Assembly (NCBI GenBank): GCA_039919825.1
Contig: JBDSEW010000171.1
Location: 1-33,687 of the forward strand
From: Chitinophagales bacterium
GTDB lineage: Bacteria; Bacteroidota; Bacteroidia; Chitinophagales; UBA10324
Length of the DNA stretch: 33,687 bases
Direction: 5' to 3'
Shown here: positions 16,114 to 24,951 of the stretch, piece by piece
Layout: every line of letters starts with the position of its first letter
Numbering within the stretch: position 1 is the first letter of the stretch
Notes under the pieces: model-generated
What the model saw: the letters and a program-made list of their open reading frames with translations, nothing else
The model's database searches: none
Told to the model about the DNA's origin: nothing
Made by a program: the position numbers and the translations under genes

Positions 16114-18558
16114 CTAAATTTTCACCCCAAAAGAAATAATGAATGATCGTCCATCCGATGGCCATATTCCCGGATCAGGATAAAACGTCGGGCGCTTGGT
16201 GAAGTAAGCTCGGTCAGCAAGGTTGGTAACACTTAATTTCACATTAAAATTTTTATAGTACCAGGCCGCATTTGCATCCCAGATGTGATACTGCGGAACG
16301 ACACCCAATGTGCCGCTTGCATTCGGTTGTTCTGTATTCAAAGGATCTGTATATACTTCACTCACATAATTATACATGAGAGAAGCAGAAAAACCCTTAA
16401 ATCGGTAAGAAAGACCTGAACGGATATTCCAGTCAGGAACGGTTTCTACCTTATTACCGGTAATATCTGTGTTCACGCCGCTCACTATCACATTGCCTTT
16501 AGTGTAACGCGCATGCATGTATGCTGAAGAAGTGTACACTGAAAATCCCTGCACCCAATTAGAAAAGTTGCCCAATTCAAACGGAGCAATCTCAGCAAAT
16601 ACTTCCAATCCATAGTTCATAGAGTTGCCGACATTGGTTTTAAAAAATACGGTTGCACCTGTATCATTCTCTTCCACCAGAGTTCCTATGCGATCGTTGT
16701 ACTGCACAGTAAATGCGCTGATGTCATAATGCAGCCATTCTGCTATTTTTCCTCGTACACCAAAGTCAGCATTGTAACCGGTAGCATCTTTTAATTCAGG
16801 ATCAATCTTATCGAAGCTGGTTGCCGGAACAATGTCTTTTAAAATCATCGGGCGATAGGCCTGCGACCAGCCACCATACACATTGTTGTTCTCATTTATT
16901 TTGTATTCCCCCCGTATTCCAAGTAGTAGATAATTGTGATCGATTGTTTGTGGCAGGTCGCTGTCATCGATGTAAACGATTTTGCCTTTAAGGTCAGACT
17001 GCCCCATTTCAAGACGGACACCAGGTGTGACTGAAAGATTTTTCGTGAGCTGAAAAAGATTTTCGACAAACAATCCGTTGGTCATTGAAATATAATTGAT
17101 GTCGCGCCTGAAAGCAGGATTAGAAACTACTGTAAGGTCGTAGTCAAAACCCGTAGTTCCGGTGCCCTGCTGCAGCCTGTGAAGGTTGTTATGAATTAAC
17201 CTGTAACCTGCAGTGAATTTATTTTCATGTTGCAGGAAATTGTATTTATGGATGAACCGTACCTCTGCATTGAAACTGTTAAAATGATCGATATCCACCT
17301 GGCGTGGATTATAGCTTCCAATTTTGGTGTTGAAAGTATCCGGTGTAGTAGCAAGTCCCAGCCATTGCACACTGTTGCGATCTCCCAACACGGCAGAGGT
17401 AATAAAATTAATTGTTGAACGATCCCTGATGTTCCATGTCAGGTTTAAACCAGGTACATAAATATCAGGATTGTAGTAATTACGGCTGCGAACAGATTGT
17501 TGCGGGTTTTCATAAAACATAGAATCGTTCAAAGCACCCGGAAGTTTATTTACATAATTCATGTGACTCACTTCTGCCTTCAGCCATAAGTTGGTGAGCA
17601 GGGGATATTTCAAATCAACATGCCATGAATCATAATGGTAATCGGAATTATCGCGGTAGCCTTCAGAAGAGCGGTGATTGTAAAATCCATAATACTCCAG
17701 TTTACCGGTCTTCCCTCCTGCTTCATTAAAAGTATTGATGAAATTAAAAGACCCACGTGATACCTGCGCATGAAATGAAAATGGTTTGGTAGTATCAGGT
17801 TCATGCAACACATAATTCAGCATGCCTCCAAACTGTGCACCATACTGCAGTGCTGCAGACCCTCTGATCAATTCAACACGTTCCATTGCTTCCATGGGTG
17901 CGTTGTAATGATTGGCAGGATATCCATAGAGGTCGGAGTTGATCATGATATCATTCTGACGGATATTGAATTCCCAACTGCGGTGTGGATCAAGCCCGCG
18001 GGTGGAAACATTCACCGCATTTCCGGAACCATCATATTCATACACAAAAACTCCTGGCACTTTAGCAAATACCGAACGCGCATAATTTTGCGCAACATTT
18101 ATATCAGAGTTTTTCAGTTCTATCACTTCATTCTTTACACCAGCTATCAGGTAAGTGCCTTCCACATCATCGAGCCGCTGGATGGTACTCTTCTCCCTCT
18201 CCTCCTGAACGATAACAGTTGCCAGTACCGTTGCGCCCGCAGCTACCTCAAATGTTACATTAACAGTGGCATTGGCAACCACTACTACCTCCCTGGTTTG
18301 TGGTTCATAGCCCAGCGATGACGCTTTAAGCGAGTGCTTTCCTGCAGGAACATTCTTAATCGTGAAATTGCCATTTTCATCAGTAACGGCCCCTTTATTG
18401 GTTTCTAAAACCAACACAGTTGCTTTGGCAAGCGGCTTCTCATCTTCCGAGTACACTTTGCCTTTAATAATGCCTGCTGTCGTTTGCGAGAAAAGGTCTC
18501 TGGAAGTGCCTGTCAAAATCAAAAAGAGAAAAACAAAAGCGTAATTTTTTCTTCTCAT
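16114..18558 (-). CDS. TonB-dependent receptor with N-terminal carboxypeptidase-regulatory-like domain
   Basis: 814 aa with a signal peptide. GIIKGKVYSEDEKPLAKATVLV...TDENGNFTIKNVPAG matches CarboxypepD_reg. A plug domain and a long beta-barrel follow, ending in an aromatic-rich terminus (SFGVKI). Confidence 0.9.
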   Translation of the reverse strand: MRRKNYAFVFLFLILTGTSRDLFSQTTAGIIKGKVYSEDEKPLAKATVLVLETNKGAVTDENGNFTIKNVPAGKHSLKASSLGYEPQTREVVVVANATVNVTFEVAAGATVLATVIVQEEREKSTIQRLDDVEGTYLIAGVKNEVIELKNSDINVAQNYARSVFAKVPGVFVYEYDGSGNAVNVSTRGLDPHRSWEFNIRQNDIMINSDLYGYPANHYNAPMEAMERVELIRGSAALQYGAQFGGMLNYVLHEPDTTKPFSFHAQVSRGSFNFINTFNEAGGKTGKLEYYGFYNHRSSEGYRDNSDYHYDSWHVDLKYPLLTNLWLKAEVSHMNYVNKLPGALNDSMFYENPQQSVRSRNYYNPDIYVPGLNLTWNIRDRSTINFITSAVLGDRNSVQWLGLATTPDTFNTKIGSYNPRQVDIDHFNSFNAEVRFIHKYNFLQHENKFTAGYRLIHNNLHRLQQGTGTTGFDYDLTVVSNPAFRRDINYISMTNGLFVENLFQLTKNLSVTPGVRLEMGQSDLKGKIVYIDDSDLPQTIDHNYLLLGIRGEYKINENNNVYGGWSQAYRPMILKDIVPATSFDKIDPELKDATGYNADFGVRGKIAEWLHYDISAFTVQYNDRIGTLVEENDTGATVFFKTNVGNSMNYGLEVFAEIAPFELGNFSNWVQGFSVYTSSAYMHARYTKGNVIVSGVNTDITGNKVETVPDWNIRSGLSYRFKGFSASLMYNYVSEVYTDPLNTEQPNASGTLGVVPQYHIWDANAAWYYKNFNVKLSVTNLADRAYFTKRPTFYPDPGIWPSDGRSFIISFGVKI

Positions 18559-18637
18559 ATGCTTTAATTTTTAAATGATCAGAATTAGTGTTAACAGGCC
18601 ACTAAACTACTTTTTTGGATGCTCAAAGAACAAATAG

Positions 18638-18659
18638 TTAACAGGTAATTAACAGGTAT
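18638..18659 (+). repeat. tandem 11-bp direct repeat TTAACAGGTAA TTAACAGGTAT; third TTAACAGG copy at 18591-18598
   Basis: Read directly in the divergent region between the receptor start (18558) and the oxyR-like start (18713). Confidence 0.5.
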
Positions 18660-18712
18660 TCAAATAAAGCAAACTGATAATTTTTATCTTTATACAAATT
18701 CTATCTATCAAT

Positions 18713-19642
18713 ATGAACCTTCAACAACTTGAATACATCACACAGGTAAATATGTATCGCCATTTTGCAAAGCTGCACACAAGAGTGAGGTTACGCAGCC
18801 TACACTAAGCATGATGATCCAGAAGCTTGAAGAAGAATTGTGTATAAAAATATTTGACCGGAACACCAAACCGGTTACACCCACGCGGGAAGGGAAGGAA
18901 ATTATTTTGAGGCCCAAACAAATTCTTACCGACGTTGCAAGAATAAAGGAGTTCGCGACTGAACTGAGAGAAGAAATATTGGGAGCACTGCACCTGGGAT
19001 TATTCCGACTCTTGCTCCTTATCTGTTGCCGCTGTTTCTTAAGTCCTTTACCAAAAATTGCCCGCACCTTAGGATCAACATTAAGGAAATAATTACAAAT
19101 GAGACTATCATTAATCTGAAAACAGGAGTGCTGAATATAGGTTTACTGGCCACACCCCTGAACGAGCCGCTGCTTTCAGAATATCCTTTGTTTTATGAAG
19201 AGTTTTTCGCCTATGCTTCTCATGCAGAAAAACTTCCCAACAAAAAATACATTTTACCAAACGACATTAACCTGGATCATTTATGGTTGCTGGAAGAAGA
19301 ACATTGTCTTCAGAACCATGGCTTTAATTTGTGCGAACTACTGAAACAGGAACAGGAAGCTGAAGATTGCACTATGAAGCGGGAAGTATCGAAACGCTTA
19401 TCAATCTTGTCGACAGCAGCGAAGGCATTACCATACTTCCTCAATTGGCACTATTAAACCTCAGGTAGCAAAAAAAGAAAAAGGTAAGAGAGTTTGCCCA
19501 CCCAAGGCCTGTTCGTGAAATCAGCATGGTACCTGATATTAACTTTCCACGTCATAAATTGCTGCAGCATTTTACTTCAGAAATTTTATCTTCAATTCCT
19601 TTTGAGTTAACCAGCAAGAGTAAACAGGTATTGAAAATATAG
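18713..19642 (+). pseudogene. oxyR: LysR-family regulator of the OxyR type, inactivated by three frameshifts and a nonsense codon
   Basis: Joined frames read MNLQQLEYITQV.MYRHFAK/AAHKSEVTQPTLSMMIQKLEEELCIKIFDR...LHLG/IIPTLAPYLLPLFLKSF...LWLLEEEHCLQNHGFNLCEL.../LHYEAGSIETLINLVDSSEGITILPQLALLNLR*QKKKKVREFAHPRPVREISMV...KI*. This is colinear with Bacteroides OxyR as I recall it. Lesions: -1 near 18770-18773, -1 near 18996-19000, a shift in ~19340-19370, and TAG at 19466-19468. Confidence 0.8.
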
Positions 19643-19813
19643 GCAGATTCCTACTACTACTCCCAGTACATTCTCAAAAATTAAGCAACTGTCTCACAGT
19701 AGCGGCACGAATGGAAGGTACTTGCACGATGCACTCTCTTAACAGAATGTAAATCTTTGTTAATAACCTCTTAACTATATCGCATCACAACGCATCTAAA
19801 ATATCTTTGCGCG

Positions 19814-20782
19814 ATGTTAAAAACTATCATGCAGATGAAACAACCGAACACGCACATTTTTAAATTCACGATTATCCTGTTTGCAGCATTTCTTGTTTGG
19901 TTTAAGAATGGAAAAGCGCAAACACCTACCGATGCCATCATGATGGACAAGGGACAGATTTGCATTGATCTTTCTTACCAGCACGAGTCATGGAGTGAAT
20001 ACTGGGAAGGAACCAACAAAAGGGAGAACTTGAATATCGGCACCCTCACCCGTCATACCATTGCCCCGATGTTTGCTCTTGGAATTACCGATCGAATCAA
20101 TTTATTGGGAGGTGTGGCTTATGTGGTCACTCATCCGAGTGCAGGGCAGATACAGGGAACTGATGGTTTTCAAAACCTTAATCTTGCTGTAAAAGTAAAT
20201 GCACTCGAAACGGATCTTGGACCGGGTAAATTAAATGTATTGGCGACAGTAGGTTTTACGACACCGCTAAGCAATTATGTTCCGGATTATGCATATAGCA
20301 TCGGATTAGGTTGTACGGAAGGTTCACTACGCCCCATCGTTCAATACAAATTAAATAATGGATTCTATGCACGCGTACAAGGTGCCTATAATCTTCGTGG
20401 CAACTGCACCTTACCGAGAGATTACTACTACACTACACAGGCTTATAACAGTGATGAGGTGGATATACCTGATGCCATCGATTATTCTGCAACAATAGGT
20501 TACGAAACTTCCGATCAAGCATTCAAAGCAGAAGTATTCTATGGTGGTTTTAATACGTTGGGTGGGTTTGATATTCGGGTTCAGGATATGGGATTTCCGT
20601 CTAACAATATGGACTGGACCAACATTGGTGCAGCAGTTCACTACTATCCAAAAATGGTCAGGGGATTGGGGGTTCACGTTTCAGGCAGCTATGTGTTGAC
20701 CGGTAGAAACGTAGGACAAACTACCGCCATCGGCGGTGGCGTGAGTTACTTCTTTACACTTTGGAACAAGACAAAACATTAA
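19814..20782 (+). CDS. putative outer-membrane beta-barrel protein, uncharacterised
   Basis: 322 aa with a signal peptide (...FLVWFKNGKAQ) and alternating beta-strand pattern, ending ...VSYFFTLW. The -7 box TATCTTTG (19802-19809) lies only 5 nt before ATG 19814, so the real start may be 19829 or 19835. Confidence 0.55.
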   Translation: MLKTIMQMKQPNTHIFKFTIILFAAFLVWFKNGKAQTPTDAIMMDKGQICIDLSYQHESWSEYWEGTNKRENLNIGTLTRHTIAPMFALGITDRINLLGGVAYVVTHPSAGQIQGTDGFQNLNLAVKVNALETDLGPGKLNVLATVGFTTPLSNYVPDYAYSIGLGCTEGSLRPIVQYKLNNGFYARVQGAYNLRGNCTLPRDYYYTTQAYNSDEVDIPDAIDYSATIGYETSDQAFKAEVFYGGFNTLGGFDIRVQDMGFPSNNMDWTNIGAAVHYYPKMVRGLGVHVSGSYVLTGRNVGQTTAIGGGVSYFFTLWNKTKH

Positions 20783-20812
20783 TTCAACGTAAAAAAGATC
20801 AACTGAAATAAT

Positions 20813-22357
20813 ATGAGAAAAAACTTTCTACCGACTACCATCCTTATAGTGACTGTTGCAGCTTTCCTGCAATCTTGTCAGCAGGATATTCCTACAGGAA
20901 TCAGTATGCAACCTTATACCTTCACCAGCCTTGATGAAGATGGTGGAACCTGGAAGACAGTACTGCTTAGCAGCGGAAATGAATTAGGAGTAGCAACCCC
21001 TGCTGATGCAAATTCAGATTTATACAAACAGGAACTAGCGGATTTGAAAACTACCATGAGCAAGCTTACCGATGATCAGAAAAAAGCTGTTGAATACTGG
21101 GGAACCAATTCACTTATTCGCTGGAATGAAATTGCCCGTGAGATGGCAGCAAAATACAACATGCCTCCTACACCAAATCCTGATGGCACTTATTCTTCTC
21201 CTGACCCCACTAATCCCGGTAAGTATCCGTACTTTCCATTTGCACATCCGCAATACACATCGCGCATGTATGCTTACTGGAGTGCAGCACAATTCGATGC
21301 ATTAATTTCTGTATGGAATCAGAAATATACCTATAACCGCCCTGCTCCATTCAAGGCTGATGCTTCCATACAAACATTATTGCCGAAAAATGACTTGCCA
21401 GGTTATCCTTCAGAAGATGCCGCAATAGCAGCTGTTTCAGAAGTGATTTTATCTGCCATGTTTCCATTGGAAAAAGAATACATCCTGGAAAAATCTCAGG
21501 AACTGAAAAACGCCCGCATGTGGGCTGGCATGAATGTAGCCAGCGATATTTCGGCAGGCGATTCCCTGGGACGTGCTGTGGCTGCTAAATTTATTGACCG
21601 TGCCAAGACCGACGGTATGAGTAAAGCACAAACACCTAAACCCATTTCTGATTCCATCAAGAATGCGGCTATTGCAAACTTTGGATGGTCATGGAAAAAT
21701 CTGGAAATTCCGGAACGCCCTGTTGGCCTGACTCCTCTTTTCAGCAAAGTGAAAACCTGGTACATCCCCAGTGTAGAAGCTGTTCGTCCTCCGCCACCAC
21801 CTGCTCCCGGATCACCGGAATTTTTAATAGCAACTGACGAGTTAAAAGGTTACATGAAAAAAATTACCAAGGAACAGGAAGATATGGCTTATTTCTGGTC
21901 AGATGGCCCCGGAACGGATACGCCTCCCGGGCATTGGAACCGGTTTGCCGGCGAGAACATCGTGCAGGATCAGCTGAATCCTTTGAGAACTGCACGTGTT
22001 TATGCATACTTAAACATGGCAGAAGAAGATGCAGGAATCAGTTGCTGGGATACTAAATACTATTACCACTATCCCCGTCCTTCAGGCGCTGATGAAGAGA
22101 TTAAGACGATCATTGGAATTCCGAGCTTTCCTTCTTACACCTCCGGCCATGCTACGTTTTCCGGTGCTGGATGTGCTGTGTTGTCATACTTTTTCCCCGA
22201 AAATTCAGGCCAGTTCCAGCAGTGGGCTGAGGATGCAACTAATTCACGCATCTATTCACGCATTCACTATCGCTTTGATGGTGAAGTGGGCTTAACCTCC
22301 GGGAAAGCAATTGGAAACTATGCAGTGGAGGCAGCACGAAACGACGGAGCTGATTAA
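20813..22357 (+). CDS. vanadium-dependent haloperoxidase / PAP2-superfamily lipoprotein
   Basis: Lipobox FLQSC. All three PAP2/haloperoxidase motifs are present: KYYYHYPRP (KxxxxxxRP), PSYTSGHAT (PSGH) and SRIYSRIHYRFD (SRxxxxxHxxxD). It lies 30 nt downstream of the barrel gene. Confidence 0.8.
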   Translation: MRKNFLPTTILIVTVAAFLQSCQQDIPTGISMQPYTFTSLDEDGGTWKTVLLSSGNELGVATPADANSDLYKQELADLKTTMSKLTDDQKKAVEYWGTNSLIRWNEIAREMAAKYNMPPTPNPDGTYSSPDPTNPGKYPYFPFAHPQYTSRMYAYWSAAQFDALISVWNQKYTYNRPAPFKADASIQTLLPKNDLPGYPSEDAAIAAVSEVILSAMFPLEKEYILEKSQELKNARMWAGMNVASDISAGDSLGRAVAAKFIDRAKTDGMSKAQTPKPISDSIKNAAIANFGWSWKNLEIPERPVGLTPLFSKVKTWYIPSVEAVRPPPPPAPGSPEFLIATDELKGYMKKITKEQEDMAYFWSDGPGTDTPPGHWNRFAGENIVQDQLNPLRTARVYAYLNMAEEDAGISCWDTKYYYHYPRPSGADEEIKTIIGIPSFPSYTSGHATFSGAGCAVLSYFFPENSGQFQQWAEDATNSRIYSRIHYRFDGEVGLTSGKAIGNYAVEAARNDGAD

Positions 22358-22388
22358 TAAAGAGCTTGGGTTTGGATTGCCGATTGCA

Positions 22389-22421
22389 AACGGTGAATGT
22401 AATTGTTCGCCGTTTTTTTAT
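22389..22421 (+). terminator. rho-independent terminator
   Basis: AACGGTGAA-TGTAATTG-TTCGCCGTT followed by TTTTTTT; between convergent genes. Confidence 0.7.
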
Positions 22422-22436
22422 TTGCAGCCAACAATC

Positions 22437-23603
22437 TCAGTCAAAGATCAGATGGATCACCTCTTCCTGCACATCATAAAATAATTCATCATCCTCTATC
22501 AGGCTCGAATTCAGGAGAATAACAATGTATTTATCTGAAGAAGGAAAATAAGCCATAAATGAACGGTACCCGTATTGACCGCCACTATTGGTATATGCAG
22601 TTCCGTAAGGTGTCTCCCATAAAATAGGACCATAGGCAATGATATTTGCGTTGGGTTCTGTGCTTTCAAATCCGGCTGGTGACACCATCTGCTGAAAAGA
22701 TCCGTCGTCAATAAGAATTTTTTCAGCATACAAAGCATGCATATACAGGTACAAGTCATATGCGTCGGCAACCATTCCTCCATCCGTATAATATCCGAAA
22801 GCATATTTGGCGGTATTCACCAATTTACCATCACCATGCCTGTTATCATAGCCGGGAATCAAACCAGCCGGATGATGGTAATCTAAAGGAAACAACGAAT
22901 GAATCATTCCGGATGGTGCGAATATTCGCTCCTGCATTACGTCCTGCACGGCTTTGCCTTCAAGAGATTCAACAATAAGCCCTAACAGAATGTAACCGGT
23001 ATTACAATAGCTGTAATCAGTACCCGGTTTAAATAATGCAGATTTTCCATACGCGTAAGAGAGAGATTTTTCTTTCGACCAAATCTGATCAGGATGATTG
23101 ATGCCTTCAAGATTATAGCTGATGTCAGTATCATAATCATAAATACCTGATGTATGTTCGATCAGTTGCCTGATAGTGCATTCATCCAGGTTGTCAAGAT
23201 TACTCACCAGGTCAGCACTAAGGTAGGTGGAAGCAGGATTATCTATCTGCAATTTCCCATCATCCTGCAACTGAAAAATTGCGGTTGCAGTAAAACTTTT
23301 GGTTATGCTCGCGATCCTGTTGAGGTTGCACTTTTTCATTGTAATTTCAGAATACAGATCGGCCATTCCTGCTGCGCCCGTCCACAATCCGGTACTGTCC
23401 TTCACCAACAGTATCATTCCCGGAAAACCCTCTATTACTTTTTCATCAATAAAATGCTGGTAGACTGCTGCTTTCGGATTTCCCTCACTACTATCAGTAT
23501 ACGTTATGCTGCAATCATATGCAGAAGTATCCACTGTTTCATCCTTGCTGCATGCAGAAAGGAAGATCAATCCTGCTGTTAGAATAGATAGTGTTGCTCT
23601 CAT
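22437..23603 (-). CDS. serine hydrolase, beta-lactamase/PBP4-like family (class C fold), lipoprotein
   Basis: Lipobox FLSAC. SxxK motif ASITKSF and YxN motif YCNTGY. Confidence 0.8.
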   Translation of the reverse strand: MRATLSILTAGLIFLSACSKDETVDTSAYDCSITYTDSSEGNPKAAVYQHFIDEKVIEGFPGMILLVKDSTGLWTGAAGMADLYSEITMKKCNLNRIASITKSFTATAIFQLQDDGKLQIDNPASTYLSADLVSNLDNLDECTIRQLIEHTSGIYDYDTDISYNLEGINHPDQIWSKEKSLSYAYGKSALFKPGTDYSYCNTGYILLGLIVESLEGKAVQDVMQERIFAPSGMIHSLFPLDYHHPAGLIPGYDNRHGDGKLVNTAKYAFGYYTDGGMVADAYDLYLYMHALYAEKILIDDGSFQQMVSPAGFESTEPNANIIAYGPILWETPYGTAYTNSGGQYGYRSFMAYFPSSDKYIVILLNSSLIEDDELFYDVQEEVIHLIFD

Positions 23604-24205
23604 GGGGAAAAATACCAGCTTGTTCCGATTTGAAAAATAGTATGCGGCAGCAGCGGAATGCCAACAGGCGCTGCATATGGCAGTTGCACTAGAAATGAAT
23701 ATCCTGCAAAAACATCCATTGGATGCTGCCTGCTTTTGAAAAATTTATAGGACAGATCTATTCCTGTATTAACCACGAATTGCGGTTGTCCCAAACTGAT
23801 TAACTTCTTGTAAGTACCATTGTCTAACTTAAATTCCTGCTGATTGCTAATCGTATGTAGATAGCCAATACCAATACCACCTCCTATTGCAAGTCCAAAA
23901 TTAAAGCGGTAATGGTACTCTACAGGAGAACTCAGTAAAATCCCATTTTCATGTTCGCGGTGTAAGTAAAATCCAACTGCAGGATGGATCCCAAACGACG
24001 AATTTTTGTTTCCTGCAAAAGGAAAAACTGCACCTAGGGAAGCGCCCGGGTGAATTGGATTTTCAAAAAGCATAGCTGCCGGAAAAGAAACATTTTCATT
24101 CAACAGAGAAAATGATATGGACTGCAGTCGGAAGGATTGCTGCTGTGCAACTGAACCCGTCGTAAAGGAACAGCACCATAAAAAGGCAATTACAAAATGT
24201 TTCAT
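23600..24205 (-). CDS. hypothetical secreted / outer-membrane protein
   Basis: 201 aa with a signal peptide (...TTGSVAQ). Gly- and aromatic-rich beta-type sequence ending WYFSP. Its stop overlaps the downstream hydrolase start by 4 nt (ATGA). Confidence 0.5.
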   Translation of the reverse strand: MKHFVIAFLWCCSFTTGSVAQQQSFRLQSISFSLLNENVSFPAAMLFENPIHPGASLGAVFPFAGNKNSSFGIHPAVGFYLHREHENGILLSSPVEYHYRFNFGLAIGGGIGIGYLHTISNQQEFKLDNGTYKKLISLGQPQFVVNTGIDLSYKFFKSRQHPMDVFAGYSFLVQLPYAAPVGIPLLPHTIFQIGTSWYFSP

Positions 24206-24329
24206 GAGCCGTAAAAATAGGAGTTTGGTTCAGAGTTTCACTAGTTGATTATAGTTGCCGGGTTTTCGATTTAAAAAAAAATTAAGTAGTTGGCTACATA
24301 TCATGAATAAAGAGGGCTGAAGCGCTGTT

Positions 24330-24950
24330 ATGAACAAGGATGCGGTGAGCATTGAGCCCGCTTTTATGTACCTTCATTCCATGTCATGGATTCATCAATA
24401 TCTCATTCCTATTCTTTTGGGAACAGGCTTAAGTGCTGCCTGTGGCCTGAGGGTGTTCCTTCCATTATTCATACTTTCATTGCTGACGCATTTCGGTAAC
24501 ATCAACATCGCAGAAAATTTCACCTGGCTGTCATCATGGCCAGCCATTATTGTTTTTGGAAGTGCATCCATCATTGAAATAATCGCCTACTATATTCCGT
24601 GGCTTGACAACCTATTGGACATCATTACTATTCCTTCCTCTGTAGCAGCGGGAATTTTAGTGCTGGCTTCCACCAACCCTGAACTCGAATCGGTAATTAA
24701 ATGGACATTGGCTATTATTGCAGGAGGCGGCACTGCCGGATTGATCAGCACTGCAACAGCACTCACGCGTGCAAAATCAACTGTTATAAGTGGCGGTGCA
24801 ACAAATTTCATAGTGGCATCAATGGAGACATTGGGCTCCGCATTATTAACACTCTTTTCTTTGCTTCTTCCTTTGTTTGCTGGTATCGCCGTTATTTGGC
24901 TGATCTATGTTGCTATGAAATTTATTCTGGGCAGAAAAAAAATTGCATAG
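24330..24950 (+). CDS. DUF4126-like integral membrane protein
   Basis: About 200 aa with 5-6 hydrophobic helices. The GLSAACGLRVFLPLFILSL start region resembles DUF4126. The start codon is uncertain (internal Met codons at MYLH and MSWIH). Confidence 0.5.
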   Translation: MNKDAVSIEPAFMYLHSMSWIHQYLIPILLGTGLSAACGLRVFLPLFILSLLTHFGNINIAENFTWLSSWPAIIVFGSASIIEIIAYYIPWLDNLLDIITIPSSVAAGILVLASTNPELESVIKWTLAIIAGGGTAGLISTATALTRAKSTVISGGATNFIVASMETLGSALLTLFSLLLPLFAGIAVIWLIYVAMKFILGRKKIA

Positions 24951-24951
24951 A

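Noticed and set aside
18811-19457. ORFs 18811..19092 and 19026..19457 as two separate small genes
   Set aside because: They are consecutive, frame-shifted segments of one OxyR-type LysR gene and are colinear with the family from HTH to C-terminus.
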